Positions 28,385 through 37,347 of a stretch of 64,000 nt of DNA are shown in pieces. How positions within the stretch are numbered: the stretch's first letter is position 1; every line of letters starts with the position of its first letter. A program made the position numbers and the translations under genes. The DNA comes from an uncultured Spirochaetia bacterium (lineage in GTDB: Bacteria > Oederibacteriota > PGYV01 > Palsa-1178): assembly GCA_964565765.1 (NCBI GenBank), contig CAZMGF010000005.1, positions 1,573-65,572 of the forward strand. Reading direction: 5' to 3'. A model generated the notes under the pieces. The model was given only the letters and a program-made list of their open reading frames with translations, made no database searches and was not told where the DNA came from.

Positions 28385-29095
28385 TCAGCTCCTTTTAACG
28401 CCGGCCTGTTTTTGCGCCGCGTTCTTTTTTCTTTTCAATGACTCTTCAGCCTCAGAAGCCCTGATGTATACGGGCGCGGCTGAATAAACAGCTCTTTTAT
28501 CCTGCATCCGCCGCCCGGTTATTATATCATTAAAAGCGGCCATGCTTATATGTTCCTGGCTTATCAGCCTTATAGAACCGTTAAAGCGCAGTATATTACC
28601 GCCCGCGGCATCACGCGAAAGGCCCGTAACCGCCGCCCCCTTTTTTATTCTGCCGGCTGTTTTTTCAACACTTTCAAGAATAAACTTTACAGGCCTTGCG
28701 GCTCCCTCTTTTTTTTCGTCAAAAAAAGCCGCATAAACTTCCCCCCGCCCGGCATCGAGTACTGCCCAGCAGGGCCCTTTCCCAAAAGACTGCCTGGCCA
28801 GTATTTCAAGTGTTGTAGCCCCGGCAAAATATCCGCCGGCCGCGTGAGCCAGCCCTTTCATTGCGGCCATTCCGACCCTTATGCCGGTAAACGAACCCGG
28901 CCCCAGTGTTGAAGCGAAAACATCAATATCGCCGGGTGCCAGGCCGGCGCTCTCCAGCACCCTTTTTATCGCCGGCATAAGCACCGAGTTATAATTTCTG
29001 CTTGCCGTAATATATTCCTCGCTTATAGCCTTTGACCCGGAAAACAGCCCTATACCTATCTCTTTTGAGCTTGTATCGACGCATAGCAGCCTCAT
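28385..29095 (-). CDS. tsaB: tRNA threonylcarbamoyladenosine biosynthesis protein TsaB
   Basis: 236 aa with YeaZ-like N-terminus (MRLLCVDTSS…GIGLF…) and a GPGSFTGIRVG motif. Confidence 0.8.
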   Translation of the reverse strand: MRLLCVDTSSKEIGIGLFSGSKAISEEYITASRNYNSVLMPAIKRVLESAGLAPGDIDVFASTLGPGSFTGIRVGMAAMKGLAHAAGGYFAGATTLEILARQSFGKGPCWAVLDAGRGEVYAAFFDEKKEGAARPVKFILESVEKTAGRIKKGAAVTGLSRDAAGGNILRFNGSIRLISQEHISMAAFNDIITGRRMQDKRAVYSAAPVYIRASEAEESLKRKKNAAQKQAGVKRS

Positions 29096-29616
29096 TTTGC
29101 TCCGGCTTTTCTGGTGCTGCCTGATTTTTTAAGGTGCCGCGATTTTGCGTTCCCGATTTTCCTGCGGTAGACCAATATCATCCTTTTATTTCCGCCTTTA
29201 TGAAAAAATTTTACGGCATAATCAAAATCTTTCCAGGTCTCAGCCACCATTTCCGGCCATTCTACAAAACTAAGCGCCCGGGGATCCGATATCATTTCAG
29301 AGTATCCCGTCCTTTCAAGTTCATCAAAATCTTTCAGCCTGTAAAGGTCAAAATGATAAATTATCCACTTTGCTTCTTCATATGTTTTTACAAGGTTAAA
29401 GGTGGGGCTCTGAACTGTTTTATAATTACCGCCCCATCCTTTAACGGCCCCTTTTACAAAATGGGTTTTTCCGGACCCCAGGTTCCCGCTCAGGGCAACC
29501 CTGTCGCCGGCTTTTAGAAGGCGCGAAAATTCAACGGCCCGTTTTATTGTCCCTTCTTTTGAGGCTGTATTAAAGGAAAACATCAGGGTACAGTTGTTTT
29601 TTAAAAATGTTTCCAT
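29092..29616 (-). CDS. tsaE: tRNA t6A ATPase TsaE
   Basis: 174 aa with P-loop LSGNLGSGKTHFVKG and a YHFDLYRL motif. Confidence 0.8.
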   Translation of the reverse strand: METFLKNNCTLMFSFNTASKEGTIKRAVEFSRLLKAGDRVALSGNLGSGKTHFVKGAVKGWGGNYKTVQSPTFNLVKTYEEAKWIIYHFDLYRLKDFDELERTGYSEMISDPRALSFVEWPEMVAETWKDFDYAVKFFHKGGNKRMILVYRRKIGNAKSRHLKKSGSTRKAGAK

Positions 29617-30587
29617 ATTTTTTTTCCGTTTTCCCTGTATATTCTGGATCCTTTTTTGATATAAAGCCCCTTACGGCGCGTCATAATACCCGCCTCAAAA
29701 ATGTTCAGGCAGTTCTTTTCCGCGAATCCGATAAATTTCTTCCTGTTTTTTTCAGCCACTGTAAACAGCAGTTCGTAATCCTCGCCGCCGTAAAGCGCGT
29801 AATCTATGCTGTCCTCGTTTCTATCCGCGCTTATTTTTCCGGCGGAATATGAGACAGGCAGCCGGTCCGCTTCAATTAACGCGCCAACACCGCTCTGGGA
29901 ACACACTCTGTCCAGGTCGCCCGCGATGCCGTCGGAAATATCAATGCAGCAGTCCACAAGCCCCGACTTAAGAAGGAGCCTTCCTTCATTAAACCTGGGG
30001 CATGGCGCCAGATGTTTTTCAACGGCTGTATATTCATAACCGCCTGAGCCGCGCCTTTTTTTTCCGGATAGCGCCATTAATCCGGCATGCGAGTCTCCCA
30101 GAAATCCGGTAACATAAACCCTGTCGCCCGCCTTCGCCGCGTCACGCCTTAAGGCCCTGCCTTTTTCAACAAAACCAACCAGGGTTATGGATATTATTAT
30201 TTCAGAGGGGGAGGCTGTTGTATCGCCGCCGATTATATCCGTGGAGTGCCCTGCTGCCGTATCCATGATGCCTCCGTAAATCCCGTCAATATATTTTTGC
30301 CCGCAGCTGCCGGGAAATCCGATACAGACCACCGCGTATGCGGGTACGCCTCCCATGGCGCAAATGTCCGATATATTTACGGCCATGCTTTTTGCGCCTA
30401 TCTGTCCGGCCGTGTAATAATCCCTTTTAAAATGGACCCCTTCGCAGAATGAATCCGCGGTTATTATCATGTCATGGGTTTTACTGAAAGGAAGAATGGC
30501 GCAGTCATCGCCTATGCCCTTAATTACCGGATTAAAGAAAAAATTCTTTGAGTTTTTTATTCTTTCAATAAAGTCAAATTCCCGCAT
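29601..30587 (-). CDS. thiL: thiamine-monophosphate kinase
   Basis: 328 aa with AIR-synthase-related fold motifs (GIGDDCAIL, DxxxxGxHF). Confidence 0.85.
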   Translation of the reverse strand: MREFDFIERIKNSKNFFFNPVIKGIGDDCAILPFSKTHDMIITADSFCEGVHFKRDYYTAGQIGAKSMAVNISDICAMGGVPAYAVVCIGFPGSCGQKYIDGIYGGIMDTAAGHSTDIIGGDTTASPSEIIISITLVGFVEKGRALRRDAAKAGDRVYVTGFLGDSHAGLMALSGKKRRGSGGYEYTAVEKHLAPCPRFNEGRLLLKSGLVDCCIDISDGIAGDLDRVCSQSGVGALIEADRLPVSYSAGKISADRNEDSIDYALYGGEDYELLFTVAEKNRKKFIGFAEKNCLNIFEAGIMTRRKGLYIKKGSRIYRENGKKIWKHF

Positions 30588-31418
30588 CTATTTTGCCGTT
30601 TTTACCGTGAGAGCGCCGCACCTGAGCCTGGCGTATTCTGTAACTATGTCGGGGAATTCCTTGACCACTTTTTGATAAACCTTCAGCGCTTCCCTGTCTT
30701 TTCCCTGTTCCTCAAATATCTTGCCCTTATTCGTCAGGGCCTCCGCGCTCAAAAAACCTTTTTTATATTTTTCTATTATCATGTCATAATAAATAAGGGC
30801 GTTCTTAAAATCCTTTTTTTCCCTGTATGAATCTGCTATGCCAAAAAGCGCCTCGGCCGCCCAGTCCGTGCCCTTGAATTCTTCCACAATGGATGAATAT
30901 GTCTTTATGGCCTCATCTGAATTTAGAATGGAATTATAGGAATCAGCAAGCTCGAGTTTCAGCCATGCGTACATATCTTTGTTGCTGGTCTTGTACTCTT
31001 CAATAAGCTCCCTGTAAATATCAATCGCCCGGATATACTGCTCCGAGTCTTTCAGGGTCTTTGCCAGGCTCAGCCTGGCCTGTTTGACTTCTTCGGAGTA
31101 CTTTTCATTCTTCCCGAAGCGGTTGATTATCGAATCGTACGTTTTTATGGCATCATTGTACCTTTTATAAATGGCGTTCTTTTCAGCCTCGTCCATATTT
31201 CGTTTAATCAACAGGGGGGTATTGCCCCACGCCGTATAATGGTCGATTATTTTGAACGCGAAAAACAATATCGCCGCGGCCAGAAATATCAGTACAATCC
31301 TTTCGGGCGTAAACAGTGATTTTTTCGCGGCAGGCGCCGCCTGCTGCCCCTTTATCCCGTCCGTTTTTACCGCAGTTTCCTGAACAGAATTATCAGCTTT
31401 TTTTCTTTTTTTAGCCAT
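30588..31418 (-). CDS. membrane-anchored tetratricopeptide (TPR) repeat protein
   Basis: 276 aa with one TM helix, then repeated about 34-aa A/Y/L-rich TPR-like units; reminiscent of YbgF/CpoB. Confidence 0.55.
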   Translation of the reverse strand: MAKKRKKADNSVQETAVKTDGIKGQQAAPAAKKSLFTPERIVLIFLAAAILFFAFKIIDHYTAWGNTPLLIKRNMDEAEKNAIYKRYNDAIKTYDSIINRFGKNEKYSEEVKQARLSLAKTLKDSEQYIRAIDIYRELIEEYKTSNKDMYAWLKLELADSYNSILNSDEAIKTYSSIVEEFKGTDWAAEALFGIADSYREKKDFKNALIYYDMIIEKYKKGFLSAEALTNKGKIFEEQGKDREALKVYQKVVKEFPDIVTEYARLRCGALTVKTAK

Positions 31419-31453
31419 TGTAGTATTGCCCCCGTGGATTTTAAGAAAGTATG

Positions 31454-31828
31454 TTATTGAATCGTTATTTTTTTCTCCGCGAAATAATGTTCGCCTGATT
31501 TTGTTATTGCCTCAACCTTTGTCAGGTATTCTCCCGGCGGTATTATAAACCCCAGTGGAATCATCCTGCGCAGGTACCAGACTTTTTTTATCTGGTCGTA
31601 TTTAAGGTCGATTTTTGTCGAGCCCATCATGTCGATAAATCCCAGTACCTGCTGTACGTCGTCCGTGGTCCTGACGTTGACGGTTACTATAGTCCCGTCC
31701 TTTATTCCGGTTTCCGGCGTTATTGAAAAATCAAGTATGTTTTTGGAAACCGGCAGCGTGGCGCAGCCGCCAACAAACGCGGCCAAGATTAAAAACAGTG
31801 CCGCTGGCTTATACTTCAACTTCTTCAC
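31454..31828 (-). CDS. hypothetical lipoprotein
   Basis: 124 aa with a signal peptide and lipobox (LAAFVGGC). Confidence 0.45.
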   Translation of the reverse strand: MKKLKYKPAALFLILAAFVGGCATLPVSKNILDFSITPETGIKDGTIVTVNVRTTDDVQQVLGFIDMMGSTKIDLKYDQIKKVWYLRRMIPLGFIIPPGEYLTKVEAITKSGEHYFAEKKITIQ

Positions 31829-32273
31829 CGGGCTTTAATTCCTCGCGGAGTTTGAGCCTTGACGCGATATCTCCGGACGCCCCTTCGGTATTTGATATTA
31901 CCTCTAGCCCGATATAACCCGGTGTAAAAAACAGGATTATAATAAGCATTGTCAGTTTCAGATTGGAAAGCAGACCTTCATATGTGAAGAAAAAATATTT
32001 GCTGTTGAGCCAGACAAGCGCGACCGCGGCGGCGACATAAATCACGCCGAACCACAACACAACCCTTTTCGCGTTTTTTGCCCTGTAAGCGTTTGTATCA
32101 AGGTCAAGCTGAAGGTTGTCCAGCTCTTCCTTCTGCTCCACAGTGAGTGGCTGGTTGATCAGTTCCTCGATTTTTTTCTTTATCCTGAAATTTTCAACAA
32201 AAATCTGTATAATCCAGCCCCACATTATGAGAAATAAGAGTGAAATGAGAATCAAAAATATCGGTACAATCAT
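31809..32273 (-). CDS. hypothetical membrane protein
   Basis: 154 aa with about three TM helices; overlaps the lipoprotein gene by 20 nt. Confidence 0.4.
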   Translation of the reverse strand: MIVPIFLILISLLFLIMWGWIIQIFVENFRIKKKIEELINQPLTVEQKEELDNLQLDLDTNAYRAKNAKRVVLWFGVIYVAAAVALVWLNSKYFFFTYEGLLSNLKLTMLIIILFFTPGYIGLEVISNTEGASGDIASRLKLREELKPGEEVEV

Positions 32274-33884
32274 TTATGCCTCCTGTTTTTTTAGTGCCTT
32301 GATAGCTCTGGGCACATACTCAATAATATCTCCGGCTATGATTCCTTCTTCGCTCAGGATGCCGAGCAGAAGGTCTCCCGCCATTCCATGCACAAAATTC
32401 GCGGCAATGCCGGCCTGGGCCGACGGCATGCCGTGCGCCATAAACGCCGCGACTATGCCCGTAAGAACGTCTCCGCTGCCAGGCGTCGCCATCCCGGAAT
32501 TTCCGGTGGTATTTATATAAATATTACCGCCGCTGTCGCCGGTCATTGACCTTCCGTCCTTTAATATAACATTTACTTTATATTCTTCGGTAAAGAACCT
32601 TAAAACGCCGGGCTTATCCTTAATAACCGCCTCAATGCTTAAGCCGGTCAATGCCGACATTTCACCAATATGCGGAGTTAGTATAACATCTTTGCCGCTA
32701 TTTTTCAAGCATGTTTTATCCTCTGAAAGCGCGTTTATAGCGTCGGCGTCTATCACAAGAGGCGCCTTAATGTCTTTAATCAATTTTCTGATAAGTGCCT
32801 GCGTTTCCCTGGCGCGGCCGATGCCCGGCCCGATGGCCACAACCTTTGATTTTGCGGCAAGTTCCATTATCTGGCCGTATGCTTCCTCCCCAAGAAATCC
32901 GGCTTTGTTCTGTTTTAACCATGCCACGATTCCCTCGTCACACCCTGCTTTAACGCTTTCCATAAGCGCCTCAGGCACAGCGGCTGTCACAATACCGGCT
33001 CCGGAACGCAGAGCCGCCTTCATGGAAAGCACAACCGCTCCGGTTAAACCCGGCGAGCCGCCTATGATAAGCACCGGCCCAAAATTGCCTTTATTCGCGT
33101 TAGGCCGCCTGTACGGCAGCATCGGCCTGACAATTTCACCGGTAATAAGGACGGCCGGCCTTGGTTGTGAAAGCAACGCAGAAGGAAAATTAATATCGGC
33201 TACGACCAGCTTTCCCGCGTATTCAAGCCCGGGATATATGGTCAGTCCGATTTTGGGCAGCCCGAATGTGACAGTAAGGCTGGCGTAAACCGCAACCCCC
33301 CTGATTATGCCTGTGTCAGCGTCAATTCCCGAAGGTATATCAACGGATACCGTGTACTTGTTCATAAGGTTGATAAAAACAATCAGGGTGGCCATAAAAC
33401 TTTCCAGGTTCCTGTCAAGCCCGGTACCGATCAGCGCGTCCACGACAATGTCACAAGACATCGCCAGTTTTTCACAGCGTCTTAAATCCTCTATTGAATT
33501 TAAAGTTACAATATCTATTCCGTATTTCACGGCAATGTCATAATTTTGTTTTGATTCCGGCTTTAGTTTCGCGTATTCACCGGTAAAAAATATTTTTACA
33601 ACAGCTCCCTCTGTCTTCAAGTGCCTTGCCGCGACAAATCCGTCGCCGCCGTTGCTGCCCTGCCCGCAAAAAACATTCACGCGCTTTAACGCAGTCGGCC
33701 CGATTTCCCTTTCCAGGGCATTGACCAGATTTACACCGGCATTTTCCATAAGTATGGACACGGGCAGCCCGAATTTTTCAGTCGTAAGTTTCTCTATTTC
33801 CTTCATTTCCGAACGGTTCACAAGGTACATTTTTTCCTCCTTGAAAATATCAGGTAATAACGCAGACCGCCGCCGCCGCGTCAT
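32274..33884 (-). CDS. nnr: bifunctional NAD(P)H-hydrate repair enzyme (epimerase/dehydratase)
   Basis: 536 aa; YjeF N-terminal domain (GQGSNGGDGFVAARHL) followed by a carbohydrate-kinase-like C-terminal domain. Confidence 0.85.
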   Translation of the reverse strand: MTRRRRSALLPDIFKEEKMYLVNRSEMKEIEKLTTEKFGLPVSILMENAGVNLVNALEREIGPTALKRVNVFCGQGSNGGDGFVAARHLKTEGAVVKIFFTGEYAKLKPESKQNYDIAVKYGIDIVTLNSIEDLRRCEKLAMSCDIVVDALIGTGLDRNLESFMATLIVFINLMNKYTVSVDIPSGIDADTGIIRGVAVYASLTVTFGLPKIGLTIYPGLEYAGKLVVADINFPSALLSQPRPAVLITGEIVRPMLPYRRPNANKGNFGPVLIIGGSPGLTGAVVLSMKAALRSGAGIVTAAVPEALMESVKAGCDEGIVAWLKQNKAGFLGEEAYGQIMELAAKSKVVAIGPGIGRARETQALIRKLIKDIKAPLVIDADAINALSEDKTCLKNSGKDVILTPHIGEMSALTGLSIEAVIKDKPGVLRFFTEEYKVNVILKDGRSMTGDSGGNIYINTTGNSGMATPGSGDVLTGIVAAFMAHGMPSAQAGIAANFVHGMAGDLLLGILSEEGIIAGDIIEYVPRAIKALKKQEA

Positions 33885-34215
33885 GCGTATGAGATATTGA
33901 AAGGGAGAATTTTTTCCCTCTTTTTGCCTTCAGCATGGCCCTTATCCTGGGCGTCAGCGCTATTTCAGGCTTCCCGAACCTGTCATTTATGACCTCAATC
34001 TCATTTAACGGCACGGATTTGTCCGTGGAAACCGCTTTTATAAAAGCCTCTTTTACGGCAAACCTGCCTGCGTAGTGCAGCACCGAATTCTTTTTTCCGC
34101 GGCAATACGCAATCTCACCCGCCGAAAAAATGCGTGCAAGAAATTTGCTGTTATTTTTAATGGCTTTTTTGAACCTTTTAATGTCGCAGATATCTATGCC
34201 TATTCCTTTAATCAT
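33850..34215 (-). CDS. acpS: holo-[acyl-carrier-protein] synthase
   Basis: Start trimmed to MIKGIGIDICDIKRF...; 4'-phosphopantetheinyl transferase motifs are present. Confidence 0.8.
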   Translation of the reverse strand: MIKGIGIDICDIKRFKKAIKNNSKFLARIFSAGEIAYCRGKKNSVLHYAGRFAVKEAFIKAVSTDKSVPLNEIEVINDRFGKPEIALTPRIRAMLKAKRGKKFSLSISHTHDAAAAVCVIT

Positions 34216-34368
34216 AAGGATTATTTTATCACTTTCAAAAGATATGAGCAAACGGTATTTGGGCAAATTTGACGTATCCCGGGGCGGATAATGATAGTAT
34301 AATGGTTTCATACGGAACAACGGGCCTTACTGGCACGTCTAATTTTTGCAGAGTTAAAGAGGAGCGGC

Positions 34369-34842
34369 ATGGACCCTAAATTAGAGGTAATATACAGGGA
34401 AAATTCGAGGTATGTATATAACGTCGCCCTTGGAATATTAAGGAATAAGGACGAGGCGGAGGACGTGATGCAGAATGTTTTTATAAAGCTTTTTGACAGT
34501 TTCCGCGCTTTCCGCGGTGAAGCAAATATAAAAACATACCTGTACCGCATGACAGTTAACAAATCAATAGATTATATACGTTTTCAGAGCCTGCACAGCA
34601 AAAAGAACGAGGAGATTGAGATACCCGAGGCGGCAAAAAACACGGACTCTGCAAAAGCAACGCTCGACTCGCTTCTCGAGAATCTCAAGGACGACCTCAA
34701 GATTCCGGTGTTGCTCTCTGAAATCGGCGGATTTTCATATAAAGAAATAGCTTCAATATTGAGAATCAATCTTGGAACAGTAAAATCAAGGATTAACCGC
34801 GGCATAACAAGGCTCAAAGAGCTTGCCGCAAAGGAGGCTTAA
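34369..34842 (+). CDS. RNA polymerase sigma-70 factor, ECF subfamily
   Basis: 157 aa with region 2 (VMQNVFIKLF) and a region 4 helix-turn-helix (ASILRINLGTVKSRINRG). Confidence 0.85.
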   Translation: MDPKLEVIYRENSRYVYNVALGILRNKDEAEDVMQNVFIKLFDSFRAFRGEANIKTYLYRMTVNKSIDYIRFQSLHSKKNEEIEIPEAAKNTDSAKATLDSLLENLKDDLKIPVLLSEIGGFSYKEIASILRINLGTVKSRINRGITRLKELAAKEA

Positions 34843-34844
34843 AC

Positions 34845-35273
34845 ATGGACTGTAAGGAAATTAGCTCTCTGTTGTATGATTATACCCGGGGTGAAACCGG
34901 GATGAAAATCTCGGAAACCATTAAAGACCACCTGGGGGCGTGCCCTGAGTGCGCCGCGGAGCTTAATAAAATAATGGAATTAAAGGGTATCTTCCGGGCT
35001 TCCCTGGCGGAAGTGCCGGTTAACTCAATAGTTAAGATAAGGGAGCATATGAAAAAGCCGGCTATTTTCAGGCTCTTTTTCAAGCCTGTCTTCGCCGCTG
35101 CCGCTGTTTTGCTGATTACCGGAACCCTTCTTATTAATAGCGCGGTCTCCTACGCAAGGTCCTCCGAGCTGGATTCCTTTCTGAGCGACTCATACAAGGT
35201 CGTGGACCATTCCGACTGCTATGATGTAATAACGGCCGCGTATTCAGGCGATATTGAACAGGATATATATTAG
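34845..35273 (+). CDS. zinc-finger anti-sigma factor, single-pass membrane protein
   Basis: Lies 2 nt after the sigma gene. HLGACPECAAEL resembles a zinc-finger anti-sigma motif, followed by one TM helix. Confidence 0.65.
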   Translation: MDCKEISSLLYDYTRGETGMKISETIKDHLGACPECAAELNKIMELKGIFRASLAEVPVNSIVKIREHMKKPAIFRLFFKPVFAAAAVLLITGTLLINSAVSYARSSELDSFLSDSYKVVDHSDCYDVITAAYSGDIEQDIY

Positions 35274-35300
35274 AAAATTAAAATAAACCGGAGGCTGCTG

Positions 35301-35786
35301 ATGAGAAAAGTTTTTTTTATCCCAGTAATTGTCCTGCTTTTGTCCGCTTTACCGCTTTTTGCCGCGCCAGATACACAGGACACAACACACGAGGGCCCCG
35401 GTGATATATCCGGTATTTTCGGGCCTGACGGTGTTTTCAAGCTTGTGGACGAGCTTAAGCTGTCCGACGACCAGGTTAAAAAGCTTCATTCCATTAAAGA
35501 CTCTTCAAAAAGGGATATGTTCACCGCCCATAATGAAATGATGATGATAATATGGGACATCCAGGATGAAATGAAAAAAGAGGCGCCGGATAAGTCAAAA
35601 CTTTATTCTCTGGCCGATAAAATCGCGGATTCCCAGAAGAAAATCGCCAGGTTAAGGATTGACCAGATGCTTCAGGTCAAGTCAGTTTTAACCCCGGATC
35701 AGTTCGCCAAGCTTACGGCCCTGATAGACGCAAGAAAAGAAAGAATGAAAAAAAGGATAATTGATAAGGTTATAGGCGATAAATAA
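35301..35786 (+). CDS. periplasmic Spy/CpxP-like protein (LTxxQ motif family)
   Basis: Signal peptide plus LSDDQVKKL and LTPDQFAKL repeats. Confidence 0.6.
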   Translation: MRKVFFIPVIVLLLSALPLFAAPDTQDTTHEGPGDISGIFGPDGVFKLVDELKLSDDQVKKLHSIKDSSKRDMFTAHNEMMMIIWDIQDEMKKEAPDKSKLYSLADKIADSQKKIARLRIDQMLQVKSVLTPDQFAKLTALIDARKERMKKRIIDKVIGDK

Positions 35787-35796
35787 TAGCTTCCGT

Positions 35797-35829
35797 AAAA
35801 AAAGGCGGGTTAAAACCCGCCTTTTTTTA
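35797..35829. terminator. bidirectional rho-independent terminator
   Basis: AAAAAAA-GGCGGG-uuaaaa-CCCGCC-TTTTTTT. Confidence 0.8.
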
Positions 35830-36607
35830 TTTCAAAACCTTTTGTCCCTAGTTTGTTCATATATTTCCTGTCGTTTAAGTCAAAGGAAAGTGATGTTACG
35901 GTAATATACCCTTTTTCAAGGCCGTCCGCGTCAGTAGCCGGTTCCCCTTTTCTTTTACGCGTCCTGCCGGTTATATGCCAGAAATAGCTCTTGTTTTTCC
36001 CTTTTCTCTTTTTATCCAGTATATATTTTTCGCCGTATTCAAGCAGCCCCTTCGGAAGCATTTTTACCCCTTTTATATGCCCTTCTTGCCTGTACGGAAT
36101 ATTGATGTTAAGCAGGGAATGTTTTTTTATCCTTATTCTTTTTTCCAGGACATTTAAAGCAACCTGCCTTATATAAGAGACACAGAAGCTGAAATCCTCG
36201 GGTTTATAATCGTCAACTGAAAAAGCCATTGCCGGGATGCCCAGTATCGCCGCCTCAGCCGCGGCTCCCACAGTGCCCGAATAAAGTATAAACTGCGCCA
36301 TATTCGGGCCGTGATTTATCCCTGAAATGAACAAATCGGGCTTCCTTTTTGCCAGGGTAAATAGCGCCAGCTTCGCGCAGTCTGCCGGCGTTCCGCTGAC
36401 GGCAAAACCGCGCCCCTTTCCAAAAGGAACGCTTTCGGCCGTAATAATTGAATCAACGGAAATCGCGTGGGAGGCCCCGCTGCGCTGCCTGTCAGGGGCC
36501 GCGATGAGAACTTCGGCTATTGGCTCCAGCGCCTCATAAAGTGCCCTGATGCCGGCGGAAAATATGCCGTCGTCGTTAGAAATTATTACATAGTATTTTT
36601 TCTTCAC
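35810..36607 (-). CDS. surE: 5'/3'-nucleotidase SurE
   Basis: 265 aa; N-terminal SNDDGI motif. Confidence 0.85.
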   Translation of the reverse strand: MKKKYYVIISNDDGIFSAGIRALYEALEPIAEVLIAAPDRQRSGASHAISVDSIITAESVPFGKGRGFAVSGTPADCAKLALFTLAKRKPDLFISGINHGPNMAQFILYSGTVGAAAEAAILGIPAMAFSVDDYKPEDFSFCVSYIRQVALNVLEKRIRIKKHSLLNINIPYRQEGHIKGVKMLPKGLLEYGEKYILDKKRKGKNKSYFWHITGRTRKRKGEPATDADGLEKGYITVTSLSFDLNDRKYMNKLGTKGFEIKKGGF

Positions 36608-37347
36608 GGGTTCTCCTTAAAAAATGGGGGGAAATAATGGATCAAACCCTCAAGCACTCCGGACGCGTAATGCGCTTTTGCCCTGTAATGTCCGGAATCC
36701 TTAAGTACTGCCGTCATTTCTTCGCGCGCGTTCCCCACAATAATGCCTTTGGTGAAGCTGGAGAACATATCAACATCATTTCCTGAATCCCCCGCCACCA
36801 CAACGTCATCTTCCGTAATGCCGAATTTTTCGGCCGTGTATCTGGCCGCTTTTCCCTTGTCGCAATTCTCCGGCAGAATATCCAGATAAATACCGTGGCT
36901 TGTTATTACGCGCGCCCTGATGCCGGCGTCATTTATTTTACGGCGGACAATGCTTGCCGCGCTTTCAAGTTCCCCTTCCTTCACAAAATATGATATCTTG
37001 TATTCCATTGCCGCCGGCTGCGGCGTCAGCGCTTCTGTTCCCAGCAGGGCGCGCCTTATCTTTTCCGCATTCCAGCCGCCGGTATTAATTATTTTTCCCC
37101 ATTCCTCATTTTCCTCAAATACCCCGTTTTTATCAAAAAATATGGCCGCACCGGTGTATGCTATAAAAGCGTCCGGCCTGATCAAAAGCCCGGCATCCAT
37201 AGCCGAAACACATTCCGGGAAGGACCTTCCGGAGGCGTATACAAGCCGTATTTTATCCCTGATTTTACCAAGAAAACCGTTTAGCTCTTTTAGTGAGACG
37301 GGATCCCCGAGCATGGTCCCGTCAATATCGGAAAATATGCCATTCAT
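36604..37347 (-). CDS. HAD-IIB family hydrolase (sucrose-phosphatase-like / Cof-type)
   Basis: 247 aa; DIDGT motif I (FSDIDGTML) and GDSGNDVDM motif III. Confidence 0.65.
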   Translation of the reverse strand: MNGIFSDIDGTMLGDPVSLKELNGFLGKIRDKIRLVYASGRSFPECVSAMDAGLLIRPDAFIAYTGAAIFFDKNGVFEENEEWGKIINTGGWNAEKIRRALLGTEALTPQPAAMEYKISYFVKEGELESAASIVRRKINDAGIRARVITSHGIYLDILPENCDKGKAARYTAEKFGITEDDVVVAGDSGNDVDMFSSFTKGIIVGNAREEMTAVLKDSGHYRAKAHYASGVLEGLIHYFPPFFKENP

